A stretch of DNA of 61,953 nucleotides, counting the filler, from Pirum gemmata (taxonomy: Eukaryota), in the NCBI GenBank assembly GCA_002812295.1. It is 17 parts of 17 records of this genome, joined end to end, with 100 filler letters (N's around TTAATTAATTAA, not from the genome) between each part and the next. Parts side by side here need not be neighbours in the genome. Positions count along the whole stretch, not along the records: positions 48,170 to 51,531 come from PDIN01002714.1; positions 51,632 to 55,020 come from PDIN01002715.1; positions 55,121 to 58,451 come from PDIN01002716.1; positions 58,552 to 61,953 come from PDIN01002717.1; 13 more parts are not named here. One strand, given 5' to 3'. The notes under the pieces are model-generated. The model had not been told where the DNA came from. It saw only the letters and a program-made list of their open reading frames with translations, and ran no database searches. The stretch's first letter is position 1, and every line of letters starts with the position of its first letter. Both the position numbers and the translations under genes were made by a program. Shown here in pieces: positions 48,290 to 61,849 of the stretch.

Positions 48290-49465
48290 GCCTAGGAACT
48301 CCTAGGAATTGCCTAGGTTAAAATAAACTAACTATCAGTGAGCATCAGTAGTGTATTTTATTGTAGACCATCTTCTAGGAACTCCTAGCTAGGAATTGCC
48401 TAGGTTAAAATAAACTAACTATTGGTGAGCATCAGTAGTGTATTTTATTGTAGACCATCTTGGTAGCAAAATGTAGCAAACAGCCAGCAAACCTATTTTA
48501 TTTATTTTTAATTTGGCTTATTTAATTTATTTACTTTAATTTTTAAATATATATTCTATTTTATTTCTATTTATTTATTACTATTATATTTATTTTTTTC
48601 ATTTATTATTTTAAATTTGTTATTGTATTGATTTCTGTTGCATTTCTTGTATATTATATATAATACTCAATATACCAAACATAGCACTGAATACAAAAGT
48701 GCCAGTTTTCGCACATTTTTACGTTTATTATGCGCAAAGTGTCTATATAATATTTTTTCTTCTTTTACTATTATTATTAGTATTATTATCAATGCTAATA
48801 TATATATAGGCACCTTTTCAGATAACATATGGAACCAGATTAGGGTCTTTCGGCCCTTGGTATATATGTTTGTGTGTGTGTGTGTGTGTCTGTATGCATG
48901 TGTGTGTATTCATAAACTTATACTGGTACTCATGATAGACTACTCTCTACTCAAACTGATATTTAGTCATAATCATTAAAACTTTTGCTACTTGTACTAG
49001 TGTTGAAAATAAAAATGTAATTTTTCAAATCTATTTTATTTATTTTTAATTTGGCTTACTTAATTTATTTATCTTTTAAAAAAAATTTAAATATTTATTT
49101 TAATTTATTTTTATCTATTTTTTATATTATATTTATTTTATTTATTATTTAAATTTGTTATTGTATTGATTTCTTTTGCATTTCTTTGTACATATAAATA
49201 TTATATATATAATAAATATATTATTTATTATTATTTATGCGAAAAAAAGTGAGAAATGTGCGAATTCTTATAATATATAATATGATATGTGTTTGTATGT
49301 GTGTATGTGTGTGTGTGTGTGTGTGTGTGTATTCATAAACTTATACTTGTACTCACGATCAACTATATATAGTTATCTCTACTCGTATTGATATCTAGTA
49401 ATATCTAGTTATTAATCATTAAACCGATAGCTACTTGTACTAGTATTGAGAATAAAAATGTGATT
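48290..49465. repeat. Local duplications (~85-bp pair at 48292/48375; ~500-bp pair at ~48490/~49030) with dispersed family H segment
   Basis: Paired segments read directly. AGTGCCAGT.TTCGCACA recurs at ~48698, ~50308 and ~53723. Confidence 0.7.
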
Positions 49466-49556
49466 TAGTAAATACCTTAGTCTACCCAACCACTAGCTTA
49501 GCCCACTGTAATTGATTTACTTAATTATAACCTCACCAATTTCGGAAATAGCTATA

Positions 49557-49596
<40 letters not shown>

Positions 49597-50520
49597 TATA
49601 AAAAATAATATAATGAGCTTGTACATAATATTATGCATGTTATATGGTGAGTATATTATTAAAGCTGACTAACCCTTATCTTAGCCCACTATAATTGATT
49701 TACTTAACTTCGTTACAATTAATATTTCCCACTAATTTCTGATGTAGTTTAAATAATATAATGAGCTTGTTGTACGGTGTAAGCGTGTATGGCTGGGATA
49801 ATCAATTTAAATTTAAAGGTAGCTTGGTATTGTTGTGTATTTAATTGAAATTTATTCTATAATCTTTAAAGTTTTGAAATTAGTTTTCCATACTTCATTT
49901 TGAAGTAGGCAATCCATAGAAAAATAATAACGAGATTGCGCTCATTAATTTCAAACCCATTCTATGTTTGTGCACAATTGTTTCTTTTGGGGCTCTAATA
50001 ATATTGATATATATAATACAATAACAAAATATAAAATAAGGGATCTCACATAAAAAATATTATTTTTGCCAGAATAACTAATCTATAAAAATAAAAGTTC
50101 AATAATACTACTCATATATAACTATAGGCGGCTTAATAATATTCGAATAATAATTATAATATTCTTTAGTATTATTAGAAATAAAAATAATAACGATGAT
50201 GACAAAATAATAATCATTGTTCTTTTTTAAAATTACGATAACTGTTTATTTTCCTTTGATATATTATATATATATCATTTGTCGGAAAAATTGTCTATAA
50301 TATACAAAGTGCCAGTATTCGCACATTTATTCAAATTTGTCGCAAAAAGTGTCTATATAATATTATAATTTATATATATAGAAACCTAATCCTCTATCTC
50401 TATTAATTAACCAAACTACTTTATTATATTACAATAGTCTTATGAGAAAATATTACGATAACGTTGAAATACTATTATTGTTCAAATAAATTGTTCAAAA
50501 AAAAAAAATAATAATAAATA

Positions 50521-50551
<31 letters not shown>

Positions 50552-51833
50552 AATAAAAAAAAAAAAAAGAAAGGATGGGTCGCGCACTCAGGTCTAGCTA
50601 CTAGCTAGCCGCGAAGTTGACTACAATAGCTCTAGTAGAGTTACCCACTGCCACCCTACCATATGAGTCTATAAAAGCTAGCCAACTACTTTGCTGATCC
50701 AGTCTACGGTCTACGGTCTACCTGTCCGCACTCCGCTGTGGTCTGCTTGTTTGTTTGTAAGCAAACAAACAAACAACCACGTTTATCGTATATAAATAAA
50801 TATTAATAAATTTAGTATCTATAAATTATTTAATTAATTAAGTCTATACAGACTGCTATGGATCAGTGATTTTTTTTATTTATCCAGCATTATTGTACTA
50901 TCATAAGAAAGTATCAGCTGATATATGCATGACCATGTTGTATACATTATGTATAGTCTACATAAACTAAAGTGTGTATATTATCGTGCTTCTCATTATT
51001 TTGTATGTATCCAAGTGTTTTGATCTCATGAGTTAGCGCTGCTGCTGCTGCTGCTGCTTACCTGCAGGTGTACTTCGAACAAACAACATAATAAAAGATA
51101 GAGGAAATTTAAAAATAGGATGTAAATATGAATTTGTTCTAGATTCTTGTATTTATATAGCTGTGATCTCACTAGTAGAGGCAATATAATTGTACATTTT
51201 AATTAATATCAGATATTAAAACTGGAGATGTTATTAAAAAATATTACATAAATATATCATAATAATTTATATAATTTTAACGGCACCAGTTCCTAGAAAG
51301 GGTCACAGTACAGACCACCATCCTAAACCAACTTGAAAAAAAGGAAAAAAAGGAAAAAAAGGAAACATATTATTGATAGAAGGGAACATTATTTGTTTTC
51401 TATATTTTACTGTCATTATAATAATATTATTATAAGAGGTATGTAACATTTAGTCTAAGGAATGTCTAATAGGTATGCTAACATTTGTGGATAGTTTTTT
51501 TTTTTTTGTTGTTGTTGTTGTTGTTGTTGTTNNNNNNNNNNNNNNNNNNNNNNNNNNNNNNNNNNNNNNNNNNNNTTAATTAATTAANNNNNNNNNNNNN
51601 NNNNNNNNNNNNNNNNNNNNNNNNNNNNNNNTATTATCTTTTGGAAAAAACGAATATATTAACAGTAATGAAGACTGCAAAACAAAAAAAAAACAAAACT
51701 AAAAATCGTTAATATTTTTCTTTTTTTATAATAATAACAAGAAAAAAAACAATAATAAAAAAACAATAATAAAACAAAAACAAAAACAAAACTATATATA
51801 ATTATATATATTATATAAACCAAAAACAAAACA

Positions 51834-52328
51834 ATGTTTAACCTTAATGAAAACTTAGTACAAGAAATGATTACTGATCACAGTCACCCCCAACAAAACA
51901 AAAAAATGCGAGTTAAAAATATCCCTTGTGCACATTGCGGTAAATGTTATTCCACCGACAACTCCTTGAAAAATCATATTCGTCTCAAACATACAGTTAA
52001 AAGGCCAAAAAAAGGTTCCTTAAGCTTGATTATCCAGAAACGTGTTATTTCCCCTAAACTTAGCCATCTTGAACCTGCTAATTTTAGCCCACCGTTATCA
52101 CCAACAAAGGTTAGTGTGGCTAGTACTCCTTTTAAAAGCTACACAAATACAAATACCTTTAATTATAACTTAGTAACTGCACCTGTGTCGCCAACCCCTA
52201 GTATAACCAATTCAGATTTTGTCGATAATTATTGGAAAGAAGAAGTAATGAATCAAGAAGAGTTTGCCTTTGGTTTTAATAATGTTTCTTTCTTCGATAC
52301 TAATGTTGATTTTGATGCCTTTCTTTAA
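51834..52328 (+). CDS. Single C2H2 zinc-finger protein (164 aa), putative transcription factor
   Basis: CAHCGKCYSTDNSLKNHIRLKH, followed by an S/P-rich region and an acidic/Phe C-terminus. Confidence 0.85.
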   Translation: MFNLNENLVQEMITDHSHPQQNKKMRVKNIPCAHCGKCYSTDNSLKNHIRLKHTVKRPKKGSLSLIIQKRVISPKLSHLEPANFSPPLSPTKVSVASTPFKSYTNTNTFNYNLVTAPVSPTPSITNSDFVDNYWKEEVMNQEEFAFGFNNVSFFDTNVDFDAFL

Positions 52329-53925
52329 AAACAATATGTCATTTTTAAAAAACAAAATAATTTCAAAAAGAAATAAAAAAAAAAACAAGTAGAAGTATAA
52401 AAAAACAAAAATTCTTAACTATTATCATAAATATCTACTTTAATCATTTTACTCTATAATTATATATATTATATCCATCCTCTGCCAGTACCTGGAGAAA
52501 AAAAAGTCAAATTTTTGTTTTTTCCCACTTGTATAATCAGTTGTTTACAATATTATTAAAAATGTTTTAAGTTTGGTTTAAAAATCACTATTATGCTTAT
52601 TACACACATTGAGTCTTTATAATAAAAACTCGACATGTCTTCCCTTTCGTGCAAAGTTTGATACCAAGGAAATATTTTCAGCTCTTGTCTTTCGCATACG
52701 GACTTATAATAATTAATTATTATATATAATAAGAATTTTTTTCGATAGCTCTTTAATTCTCATGAACATTCGCTCTCATCTTTTCTATGAGACTTCCAGG
52801 TACGCGCTAATGGGCTCATATTGCATAATATTATGCATACATATTATGTAAATAAATTGAGATTTTAATATAATTGAACATTTGTAACTTGGTATTGTAA
52901 TAATAATAATAATAATAATATAGACATTGATATGATTATTTACATTCTTAAATAGGCTTTCATGTATATACAATATATTGCATGTGCAATTTCTAATCAT
53001 CAAATATTAATATGATACGCCAATGAGCATAATATATATTACTATACTGAAACTATTTCATAAACGTTTTTAATAAGTAATTAAAATTGGTAGGTCTACG
53101 TCCAATAATACATGTTATCCCATGGACATAGTTATTATTATTTATCACACATTCGAATTCCAAAAGCTATATATAGCTATTGTAATTTGAAATAAGTTGA
53201 AACAATTTTTTAATTAAATAAAAGATAAACAAAAAATAAAATAAAATAATTATAAATAAATAAGTGAAGACAAAGAAGAAAAACAAAAACCTGAAAATCC
53301 ACCAAAATTAAATTTTTTCAATAAAGTTCAGAAAGGTTTGTGATATTAGTATTTTATATTATAATATTATTAATAATTATTATAATATATTATTATAATT
53401 TAATATTATAACTTACCATTAATGTTGGATTGTATTCCTTCAATGTTATTATTATTATTTTTTTTAAAAAAAAAAATTAAACAATAGTAAAATTATTGAA
53501 TTTTTTTATCTTCATTCCCGATTGAAAGCTCTCTCGAAAATGAAACATGGTGTATAATATTAATAGAACGTAAACTAAGTAATAATTTTAATAATTACAT
53601 TTAAATAATAGTTTAAACACGAATCACATAATTCGAAAGGCATTTTCATTTGTAATAATATCATAATAAAAGAAATAAACACATTTTAAAAAATATTATT
53701 ATTACTAATATATATTTACAATAGTGCCAGTATTCGCACAATTTTACGCTTTTGTCGCATTTTAAGTGTCTAAATATTATTTTTGATATTTTTAAAAACA
53801 AATCATACTTATTATACCTTTTATATATTTAAAAACAAGTCATACTTATTATATACCGTTATAAAACTAAAAATTATATAAAACAATTATATACTACAAA
53901 TTATTATTACTATCAGTTTATTTTT

Positions 53926-54987
53926 TTAATTAAATAAGTCATGCATACCGTCGTTCGTAATTTCACACAAAGTTAATTCATAAGTTATATGTGCATTCAA
54001 AAAATCATTTTCTTCACGGTTTAATAGTGTGGCAATGCCAACGTGACGATATTCGTATTGTAAAAGATGTTTAGGGGGCAACTTTGTGACAAAATCCATT
54101 TGATTAATATATCTTTTGTGATGTATATATTTGTCTGTCGTCGAAATATTTTTCCGATTGGTTTCGTTTAGTTTACTTTCAACAAACTGAGAAAAAGCAG
54201 TATCTCCAGGTCTTGGGCTACCAAAAGTAATAATAGCATTAAATTCAAAATTAAGAGCGTTGCTGAAATAATTGAACGCGATATAACTTATGGCAGCACC
54301 TTTACTGTGTCCTGATATAATTACTTTACTTTTAGGTTTACTAGTTTGCAATTTTAAAATGGTATTCTGTATATATTCTTGAGTTAGCTGAAATTCTTTC
54401 AAAAACCCATAGTGTGTTTTTCCTTCAATATTATTAGCATTTTCTTGTAGAAATTCTAAATTGGAAATTATATCTTCAGCACTGTCTTTGTCAGTACCAG
54501 GGTAATGTAAAAACACTAAATCACTTTGTTTATGTATTATAAAACCGTAATACATTTTATCTTTTCCATCGTTAAATGTTTTGTAATCATAAAGTTCGAA
54601 ATCCCCACACTTCATATCGTCATCACCCCGCAATTTTAAAGTAACGTCACGTTTGACTTTACGAGACAATCTCAGGTTATTACTATTATCTTCTGTAGTG
54701 TTTTTATTTCTCACCTTGTTCAAAATTTCAAATAAATTATTTGACTCTTTCCTAAGTTTAATTATTTTTCCATCACTAGTCCACGTTGAACCAACCTGAG
54801 GGTATGTTGTTGTAGTATATAATGGTGTAAATTTATTTAGTTCATAATCGTATATTTCATTGTTGATAATTTGGCCAGCAATGTTAGCTAGTTGGGTAAC
54901 AGAACAAGTATAATTTTCAACTACTTTGCTGTGCACGTAAACGTGACTTAAGTTTAAAGAAGCAATAAGAACAATACCAAATTTCAT
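53926..54987 (-). CDS. Secreted class-3 (fungal-type) lipase (353 aa)
   Basis: Signal peptide, oxyanion YPGT, H.GF, nucleophile GHSKG, TFGSPRPGD..F, DFVTKLPP, Y.HVG and a C-terminal His. Confidence 0.92.
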   Translation of the reverse strand: MKFGIVLIASLNLSHVYVHSKVVENYTCSVTQLANIAGQIINNEIYDYELNKFTPLYTTTTYPQVGSTWTSDGKIIKLRKESNNLFEILNKVRNKNTTEDNSNNLRLSRKVKRDVTLKLRGDDDMKCGDFELYDYKTFNDGKDKMYYGFIIHKQSDLVFLHYPGTDKDSAEDIISNLEFLQENANNIEGKTHYGFLKEFQLTQEYIQNTILKLQTSKPKSKVIISGHSKGAAISYIAFNYFSNALNFEFNAIITFGSPRPGDTAFSQFVESKLNETNRKNISTTDKYIHHKRYINQMDFVTKLPPKHLLQYEYRHVGIATLLNREENDFLNAHITYELTLCEITNDGMHDLFN

Positions 54988-55447
54988 TATGGCTAATAAT
55001 AATAATAATAATAATAATAANNNNNNNNNNNNNNNNNNNNNNNNNNNNNNNNNNNNNNNNNNNNTTAATTAATTAANNNNNNNNNNNNNNNNNNNNNNNN
55101 NNNNNNNNNNNNNNNNNNNNTAAATAAATAAATAAATAGATAGATAGATAGATAAATAAGTATATATAAGTAAATAAATAAATAGATAAATAAATAAAAG
55201 TAAATAAATAAATAAATATTAATAAATAAATAAATAAGTATAAAACTAAATAATTAAATATTAATACAGGTTATATAAATAAATAAATAAATAAAAAAAT
55301 ATTTTTACAGGTAAAAATGGACATTAAATTTTATTATAATACTCTTACACACTTTTCTTATTTACCCTCATTCACTATCAACCACACAACCACCCCAAAT
55401 GCATACCCACACCTAAAAACACACAAAGGACAAAACAACTCTAGTAT

Positions 55448-56104
55448 CTACCAGTCTTCAGCATCTTTAACATATTTGTTCTCTTTTGCAGAAGGCCAGT
55501 ATTGTTTGCAAGTTTGGAAATCCTGTGGAGTACGTTGAAGTCCCAACAATCTAATCCAATACCCACGGTCTGACAAAAACTCTCGCACGTGTTCATATTC
55601 TCTATGGCTCATTCTAGGACTTCGCGATAATATCCAGGACAAAGCATGACATGGAGCACCAATAACAACATACTCTGCTTGAGTAACTGGGTCAACGCTT
55701 TGTTTTAAAACTAAGTAATTAGAGCCATGTTTATCTAAAGTGGCAACACTAGGAGTGCGAGCACTGGCAGCACCAAAGCCCACTTCAATTTCCCCCACAT
55801 TCGGTCCTCTAGTCAAACGAGCGTCCCCAATAATACTTAAAGGTTTGGTACTCTCTTTTCCGGCGAAGCAAGTATTATTGATTTTGATATCACCAGAATT
55901 CACATCAATCTTGTATTGAGCATAAGTGCATTGACAATTTCTTTGAAAGGTCAACCTTGGTATAACCGTGTTGGCAATTTCGAACCAAGTGCCTTGAAAA
56001 GCAGTGGCGTTAAAATTGGAAACAATTTTTTGTTCTTCACAAATGGCAAAGCTGTTACCTCTGCTGAACAAAGCAAAAAATATGGCGAAAATGGCAGAAA
56101 ACAT
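55448..56104 (-). CDS. Lipocalin (ApoD/Blc-like, 218 aa)
   Basis: Signal peptide, SCR1 F.A..F.GTWFEIA, C..A.Y, and SCR3 WILSR.P. Confidence 0.92.
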   Translation of the reverse strand: MFSAIFAIFFALFSRGNSFAICEEQKIVSNFNATAFQGTWFEIANTVIPRLTFQRNCQCTYAQYKIDVNSGDIKINNTCFAGKESTKPLSIIGDARLTRGPNVGEIEVGFGAASARTPSVATLDKHGSNYLVLKQSVDPVTQAEYVVIGAPCHALSWILSRSPRMSHREYEHVREFLSDRGYWIRLLGLQRTPQDFQTCKQYWPSAKENKYVKDAEDW

Positions 56105-56626
56105 TTTTTACTAGATTTTACTTTTTTTACTAAAAAATTTTTTGTTTTGTTTTTATTTACTTTTTTAAAACAGATACTTTTCAACAATGCCCTATTTATA
56201 CGGTGAAATTATACCATTATAGAATCTGTTGCTTTTGTTCATTTCTATATTTCTTTGATAGAAGAGATGATAATAATTTAGCTTGTTTTTATTATTATTA
56301 TTATTTTTTATTATTATCATAATTTTTTTTTAACAGCCAAGCCGGATAAAACTAGAAATAAATTTTTTTTAGACCTCTTTTTTAAAAAGCCTTTAATATT
56401 AAAACTAGCCAAATTTTTTTTTAAAACTAGCCGTTGCTTGTAAATCGAGTTTTCTTAGCTAGACGGATTATTATTAAAATTTGGTAGTACTTTTATCAAA
56501 ATTGGATCATTTTGAGGTTGTTTGGATTTTTAAGCTCATATGCCGGATGCCGCCATTTTTATCCGACTTTTAAAAATAATAATATTTTATAATTATTTTG
56601 AATATCATACCTATAAAAAAACATTA

Positions 56627-56852
56627 GGGGTGAGATATCTACTGGAACTTTTTTCGAACAGATGCTTATCGAGCCAACCTTAGTTCCGTGTTCCTTACTA
56701 ATAATAGCAGTTAAATAGCTTAAAATAGGAAATCTAATTATAGTAGATACCAATTAAAGTAATAATATTAACATTAATAGTAATAAATACCATAAAAATT
56801 GGAAAAGTTCCAGCAGCTGTTCGATAATAATAAAATGACGTCATCTCACCCC
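56627..56852 (-). mobile_element. MITE family B copy (reverse)
   Basis: TA|GGGGTGAGATATCT...GACGTCATCTCACCCC|TA. Confidence 0.88.
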
Positions 56853-57575
56853 TACTAAAAAAACACAGACTATTAAAAGTCTAAAAAGTCTATCATAGCT
56901 AGAAATCATTTTTTTTAGTTAGACTTCTAGCTAGCTAGATATAAATAGATGAGATCTATCGTATAGAACCCGTTTATTTCGTTACAGTTTTCCTCTCAAT
57001 CTTTAATTTGGCATTGTTTAAGTGTATAGTTGAACTTTTTTACTAAATAGAATATTATATAAAACATACCAAATTAATCAAAAAAAGCCTAATAGTTATT
57101 TATTTGGTATGTTAATTTTAGTTTTTGAAAAACCATTAGGTTTCACGATATCATACTGTTTAAAAATCGAGATTTCGAGTATATAATAAGGTCGAAATGG
57201 TTTAGCTTACAATTAAGTATTCAAATATATTTATTTATTAATAAACCCGAAAAATACCAAAAAAAAATATTTTTCAAACGGAGCTGAATTTTAGCTTTTT
57301 TTGACAGCAGAAATTCGAGTTTTCGGGTTTAAGCAGAATTGGGAGAGGTTGAGTGACTTGAGTCTCAGGGTTGAGTAGACCCCGGGCCTAGCTAGTAGTC
57401 TAGCTAGTCTAGTCTACCCTCACGGTCCCTCAGAGTCTACCGGGGGCTAGCTAGGTCTACCGGGGGACTCTACCCTGCTGGTCCCTGCAAGAGAAAAAAA
57501 ATTATGATAATAATCTTTTACAAAAAATACTATTGATACTAGATAATAGGGTCTAATAAATATACAATAAAAGTA

Positions 57576-57799
57576 GGGGTGAGATGACGTCATTTTATTA
57601 TTACGGAACAGCTGCCGGAACTTTTCCGATTTTTATGGTTTATTACTATTAATGTTAATATTGTTACTTTAATTGGTAACTATTATAATTATATTTACTA
57701 TTTTAAACTATTTAACTGCTATTATTAGTAAGAAAAACGGAACTAAGGTTGGCTCGATAAGCATCTGTTCGAAAAAAGTTCCAGTAGATATCTCACCCC
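57576..57799 (+). mobile_element. MITE family B copy nested in a family C copy
   Basis: The flanks AAATATACAATAAAAG and AATAAAATCCATTTAATTTAATTTG...GAAAAGCACAATA are family C sequence. Confidence 0.85.
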
Positions 57800-58555
57800 T
57801 ACTAATAAAATCCATTTAATTTAATTTGATATTATTATGTTTTTATTATCTATATATTCATTTAATTAAGCAAACCACCAAATAAATATTCAGAGCGACA
57901 AAATCAATGAAAAGCACAATAGCTATTATATCAGATACTCCCACAACAGAGTCGAATATCTATTTCATTATGGTTGTCCTCGCAATCTTTAATTTGGTAC
58001 TGTTTAAGTGTATAATTGAGTTTGTTTATAAAATAAATACCAAATTAATTAAATCATACCTGATAGTTTAGCTATAGTAAATAATTAGGCATGTTTATTT
58101 CCTTAGCATTTATTTCAGTTTGAACTAAACAACACTACCGGTACTGAAAACCTTAGCTGAAAAACACCTAGCTAGAGTTTTCTTTAATTTAATACATATA
58201 TAGTAGTCTAAAAGCTGTCTTTCATTTGAAGGCTTTTTTGAGTCTTTTTTGCCAGATTTTGAGCTCACATAATTCTCACATAGCGGATTTTGAAATTTTA
58301 TCCACCTAAAAACACTCTAAAACACAACAAGTCTAGTCTACCTAACTATTCTCATAATAAATATCATAATATTATCATAATATCGTGTTTTTCATTTATC
58401 TTGTCACTCCAAATATTTATTTGGCTGTTTATAATATTTAAATTGATACTTNNNNNNNNNNNNNNNNNNNNNNNNNNNNNNNNNNNNNNNNNNNNTTAAT
58501 TAATTAANNNNNNNNNNNNNNNNNNNNNNNNNNNNNNNNNNNNNNNNNNNNAAGG

Positions 58556-58677
58556 GTGACTTAAACTGTTTTAGGCAGTAATTAATTATTAAAATGAACT
58601 TTAAAAATTATGACCAAAAGTGTTTTGGGCAAAGAGGCATAGGTAAGATTAGGTAACGTCTTTTATGGACGATTCCA
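58556..58677 (-). mobile_element. MITE family F, partial reverse copy
   Basis: TTATGACCAAAAGTGTTTTGGGCAAAGAGGCATAGGTAAGATTAGGTAACGTC...GATTCC. Confidence 0.8.
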
Positions 58678-58954
58678 AAAGGAAAGGGAGGAGATGTGGG
58701 AAAAACCATCGAATCGAAAGTTCGAAACTGTGGGGAAAACCATCGAATCGAAAGTTCGAAACTTAGTAGACCAGTCGTTCTAAATTTCCGAAATTTTCGA
58801 TCTTTAAACTCTTATAAATTTCATAGGAAGACTTGAAACTCGAAAAAAAAAAAATATCATCTTAATTTAATAATTAGGATCGAGCTGTTTGATTCGAATA
58901 TATTTTCCCACATCTCCAAGGGTTGGAAATTGGAATATTATGATTATTGGTATC

Positions 58955-60290
58955 AGATATTGTTATTGCTATATAAAATATTCGTTATCTAGATATTGTT
59001 ATTGTTATGTTATTGTTATTGTTATTGTTATGTTATTGTTATTGTTATGTTATTGTTATGTTATTGTTATTGTTTTTATGATAACAAAAGTAAGGTTTAA
59101 GGCTGAGGTTTAATTAAGGTGAGAACGGTTTGTGTAAATAGTTTGTGTATGTTATAAATTATTACTATTTTATATTGTTAGGATTTAAAACTTTAAATAA
59201 GCTAGCGCTGTATTGTTATCTAGATATTGTTATTGTTATGTTATTGTTATTGTTATTGTTATGTTATTGTTATTGCGGTGTTATTGTTATTGTTTTTATG
59301 ATAACAAAGGTAAGGTTTAAGGTTCGATTCTAGCTAAGAAAGGTTTGTGTAAATATTTGTATATGCTATAAATTATTACTATATATGTTATATTGTTAGG
59401 GTTTAAAAAGTGTTTAAAACTTTAAATAAGATAGCATTGTATTGTTATCTAGATATTGTTATTGTTATTTCATTGTTATTGTTTTTATATTAATATGATA
59501 TTAATAACAAACGTAAGATTTAAGAGTGGAGGGGAGGGGGAGGGTGGGTTAAAAGGTTCGATTCTCATTGTATGTTATAAATTCTTACTATGTTATGTTG
59601 TTATTAGGGTTTAAAACTTTAAATAAGCTAGCGTTGTATTAGTTAATATTGTTATCTAGATATTGTCATTGTTATGTTATTGTTATTAATATTGATTTAT
59701 GATATTAATAACAAAAGTAAGGTTTAAGGTTCGATTCTCACTGAGAACGGTTTGTGTAAATAGTTTGTATATGTTATATAATATAATAAATTATTACTAT
59801 GTTATATTGTTAGGGTTTAAAACTTTAATTAAATAAGATAGGGTTGTATTGTTATCTAGATATTGTTATTAATATTGTTATTAATATTGTTATGTTATTG
59901 TTATTGTTTTTATGATATAATAACAAAAGTAAGGTTTAATTAAAAGTGAAGGGTAGGTTAATTAAGGTTCGATTCTCGCTGAGAACGGTTTGTATAAAAA
60001 GAGTGTAAATAGTTTTTGTATCTTATAATTACTATATTAATATAATGTTATGTTGTTAGCGGTAACGTTGTATTAGTTAACATTGTTATCTAGATATTGT
60101 TATTGTTATGTTATAGTTATTGTTTTATGATAACAAAAGTAAGGTTTAATTAATTAAGGTTCGATTCTCCCTGAGAAATTTTTTAAAGGTTTGTGTAAAT
60201 AGTTTGTATAATATGTTATAAATTATTACTATTGTTACCTTTTGGTAGGGGTTAAAACTTTAATTAAAAATAAATAAGCTAGCGTTGTAT
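58955..60290. repeat. ~200-233-bp tandem satellite, 6 copies
   Basis: Anchor TCTAGATATTGT at ~58988, 59219, 59448, 59655, 59855 and 60089. Confidence 0.88.
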
Positions 60291-60538
60291 CACCATTTAA
60301 TTTCACCAACATTGTTTTTTTTAAAAAAATAATTTTGATTTATGATAAAACAAATAAAAACCAATTATCAGTTCAAGTTAATTATAGAATATCTTTGTAA
60401 CAATTTTGTAACCCATTTGCAATATTTGGAATTATTACATTATTTCCTAAGGCATTATTTCAACTTTTGAATCAACGAGATATATTATATATCATATAAT
60501 AATAATAATAAATTTTAAATTGTAAAATCAGAGTGAAC

Positions 60539-60724
60539 TTAGGGTTAGGGTTAGGGTTAGGGTTAGGGTTAGGGTTAGGGTTAGGGTTAGGGTTAGGGTT
60601 AGGGTTAGNNNNNNNNNNNNNNNNNTAGGGTTAGGGTTAGGGTTAGGGTTAGGGTTAGGGTTAGGGTTAGGGTTAGGGTTAGGGTTAGGGTTAGGGTTAG
60701 GGTTAGGGTTAGGGTTAGGGTTAG
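60539..60724 (+). repeat. Long pure interstitial (TTAGGG)n array with internal gap
   Basis: Flanked by unique sequence on both sides in this assembly. Confidence 0.85.
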
Positions 60725-61812
60725 TCTAAATACACCATGTAACATAAAGATTAGTTTAATTTGGTATCGATATTAATATCGTATAATATTATGTATTATA
60801 GTTCTTATTAAATTTATTTCAAATTTATTTCCAAATTTCAATATATAAATCTCGCCAAAAATAAAGAATATATTATAATAAACACTATACTCGAGCGTAA
60901 TGACAAAAGGCCTCACCCCCTCCCTATCTTCCGTATTAATCAGAAAAAGTCGGTTTATGAGTTAATTAAAGGGAGGCAAAGTGGGTTTGGAATTAATGTA
61001 TATAATAATGCAGTATATGTTAATGCGTGCATTCATGAATTTCGAACCCTTCGATCTTTATATAAAATAATAATATAATTATTATACTAGAGTTTAATAA
61101 TTTAATCTTTTAATTAATAATAATATTAATAGTAATAGTAATTTCATTTATAATCATCCTTATAGTAATATATAATATATATATTAAATTTTATACCTTT
61201 TAATTAAACAGACAAGAACAATTAAATTATAGCGGTGTTCTAGGATAAAAGTAAACGCTGTCAAAGCAGAACGATTTTGAATTAGAAATGAAAACAGCTA
61301 TAGCAAACTTTCGGCTATTTTCGTGTGTCTAGTATTCACCATCTCCATTGTTATATATTGTTACTATAAAGATGATTATAATTATCAAGACAACTAAATA
61401 GTACATGACTTAAGCTTTATACTTATGTATAATCATCATCATCTTCATAGCAGCAACAGCAATGGATATATGTGTGTTTAAAGAAAGTCCAGGGACTCAA
61501 GTCACCGGCCATATGTATGGGTTCATATAATAATAATAATAATAGAAAGCTTAAGGAATATGTGCATGTATGATAGTTATATTAGTGTTTCAATTTTTCA
61601 TGAACAAAACGATTGAAAATTAGTAAGGTAAAAACCCCCTTTTAAAAAATCTAGCTAATAACAAACCATACGTATATACAATTTGCAAAAATCCTCACTG
61701 CGATAGCTTTGGCTCTCTCTTTATTCGAGTTAGTCATTTTAATTAATAAAAGGGATAGAATAAAACTAAAACTTGATTCCCTTACAGAAAGAGAGGTTAT
61801 TATTGTACTTTA

Positions 61813-61849
<37 letters not shown>

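Noticed and set aside
3394..58551. Regularly spaced TTAATTAATTAA palindrome about every 3.5 kb
   Set aside because: Always centred in 44+44 Ns, so it is an assembly linker. Apparent gene clusters across linkers (e.g. lipase next to lipocalin) are also not real.
58878..58949. Possible exon IELFDSNIFSHISKGWKLEYYDY before the satellite
   Set aside because: Could not be joined in phase to any downstream segment.
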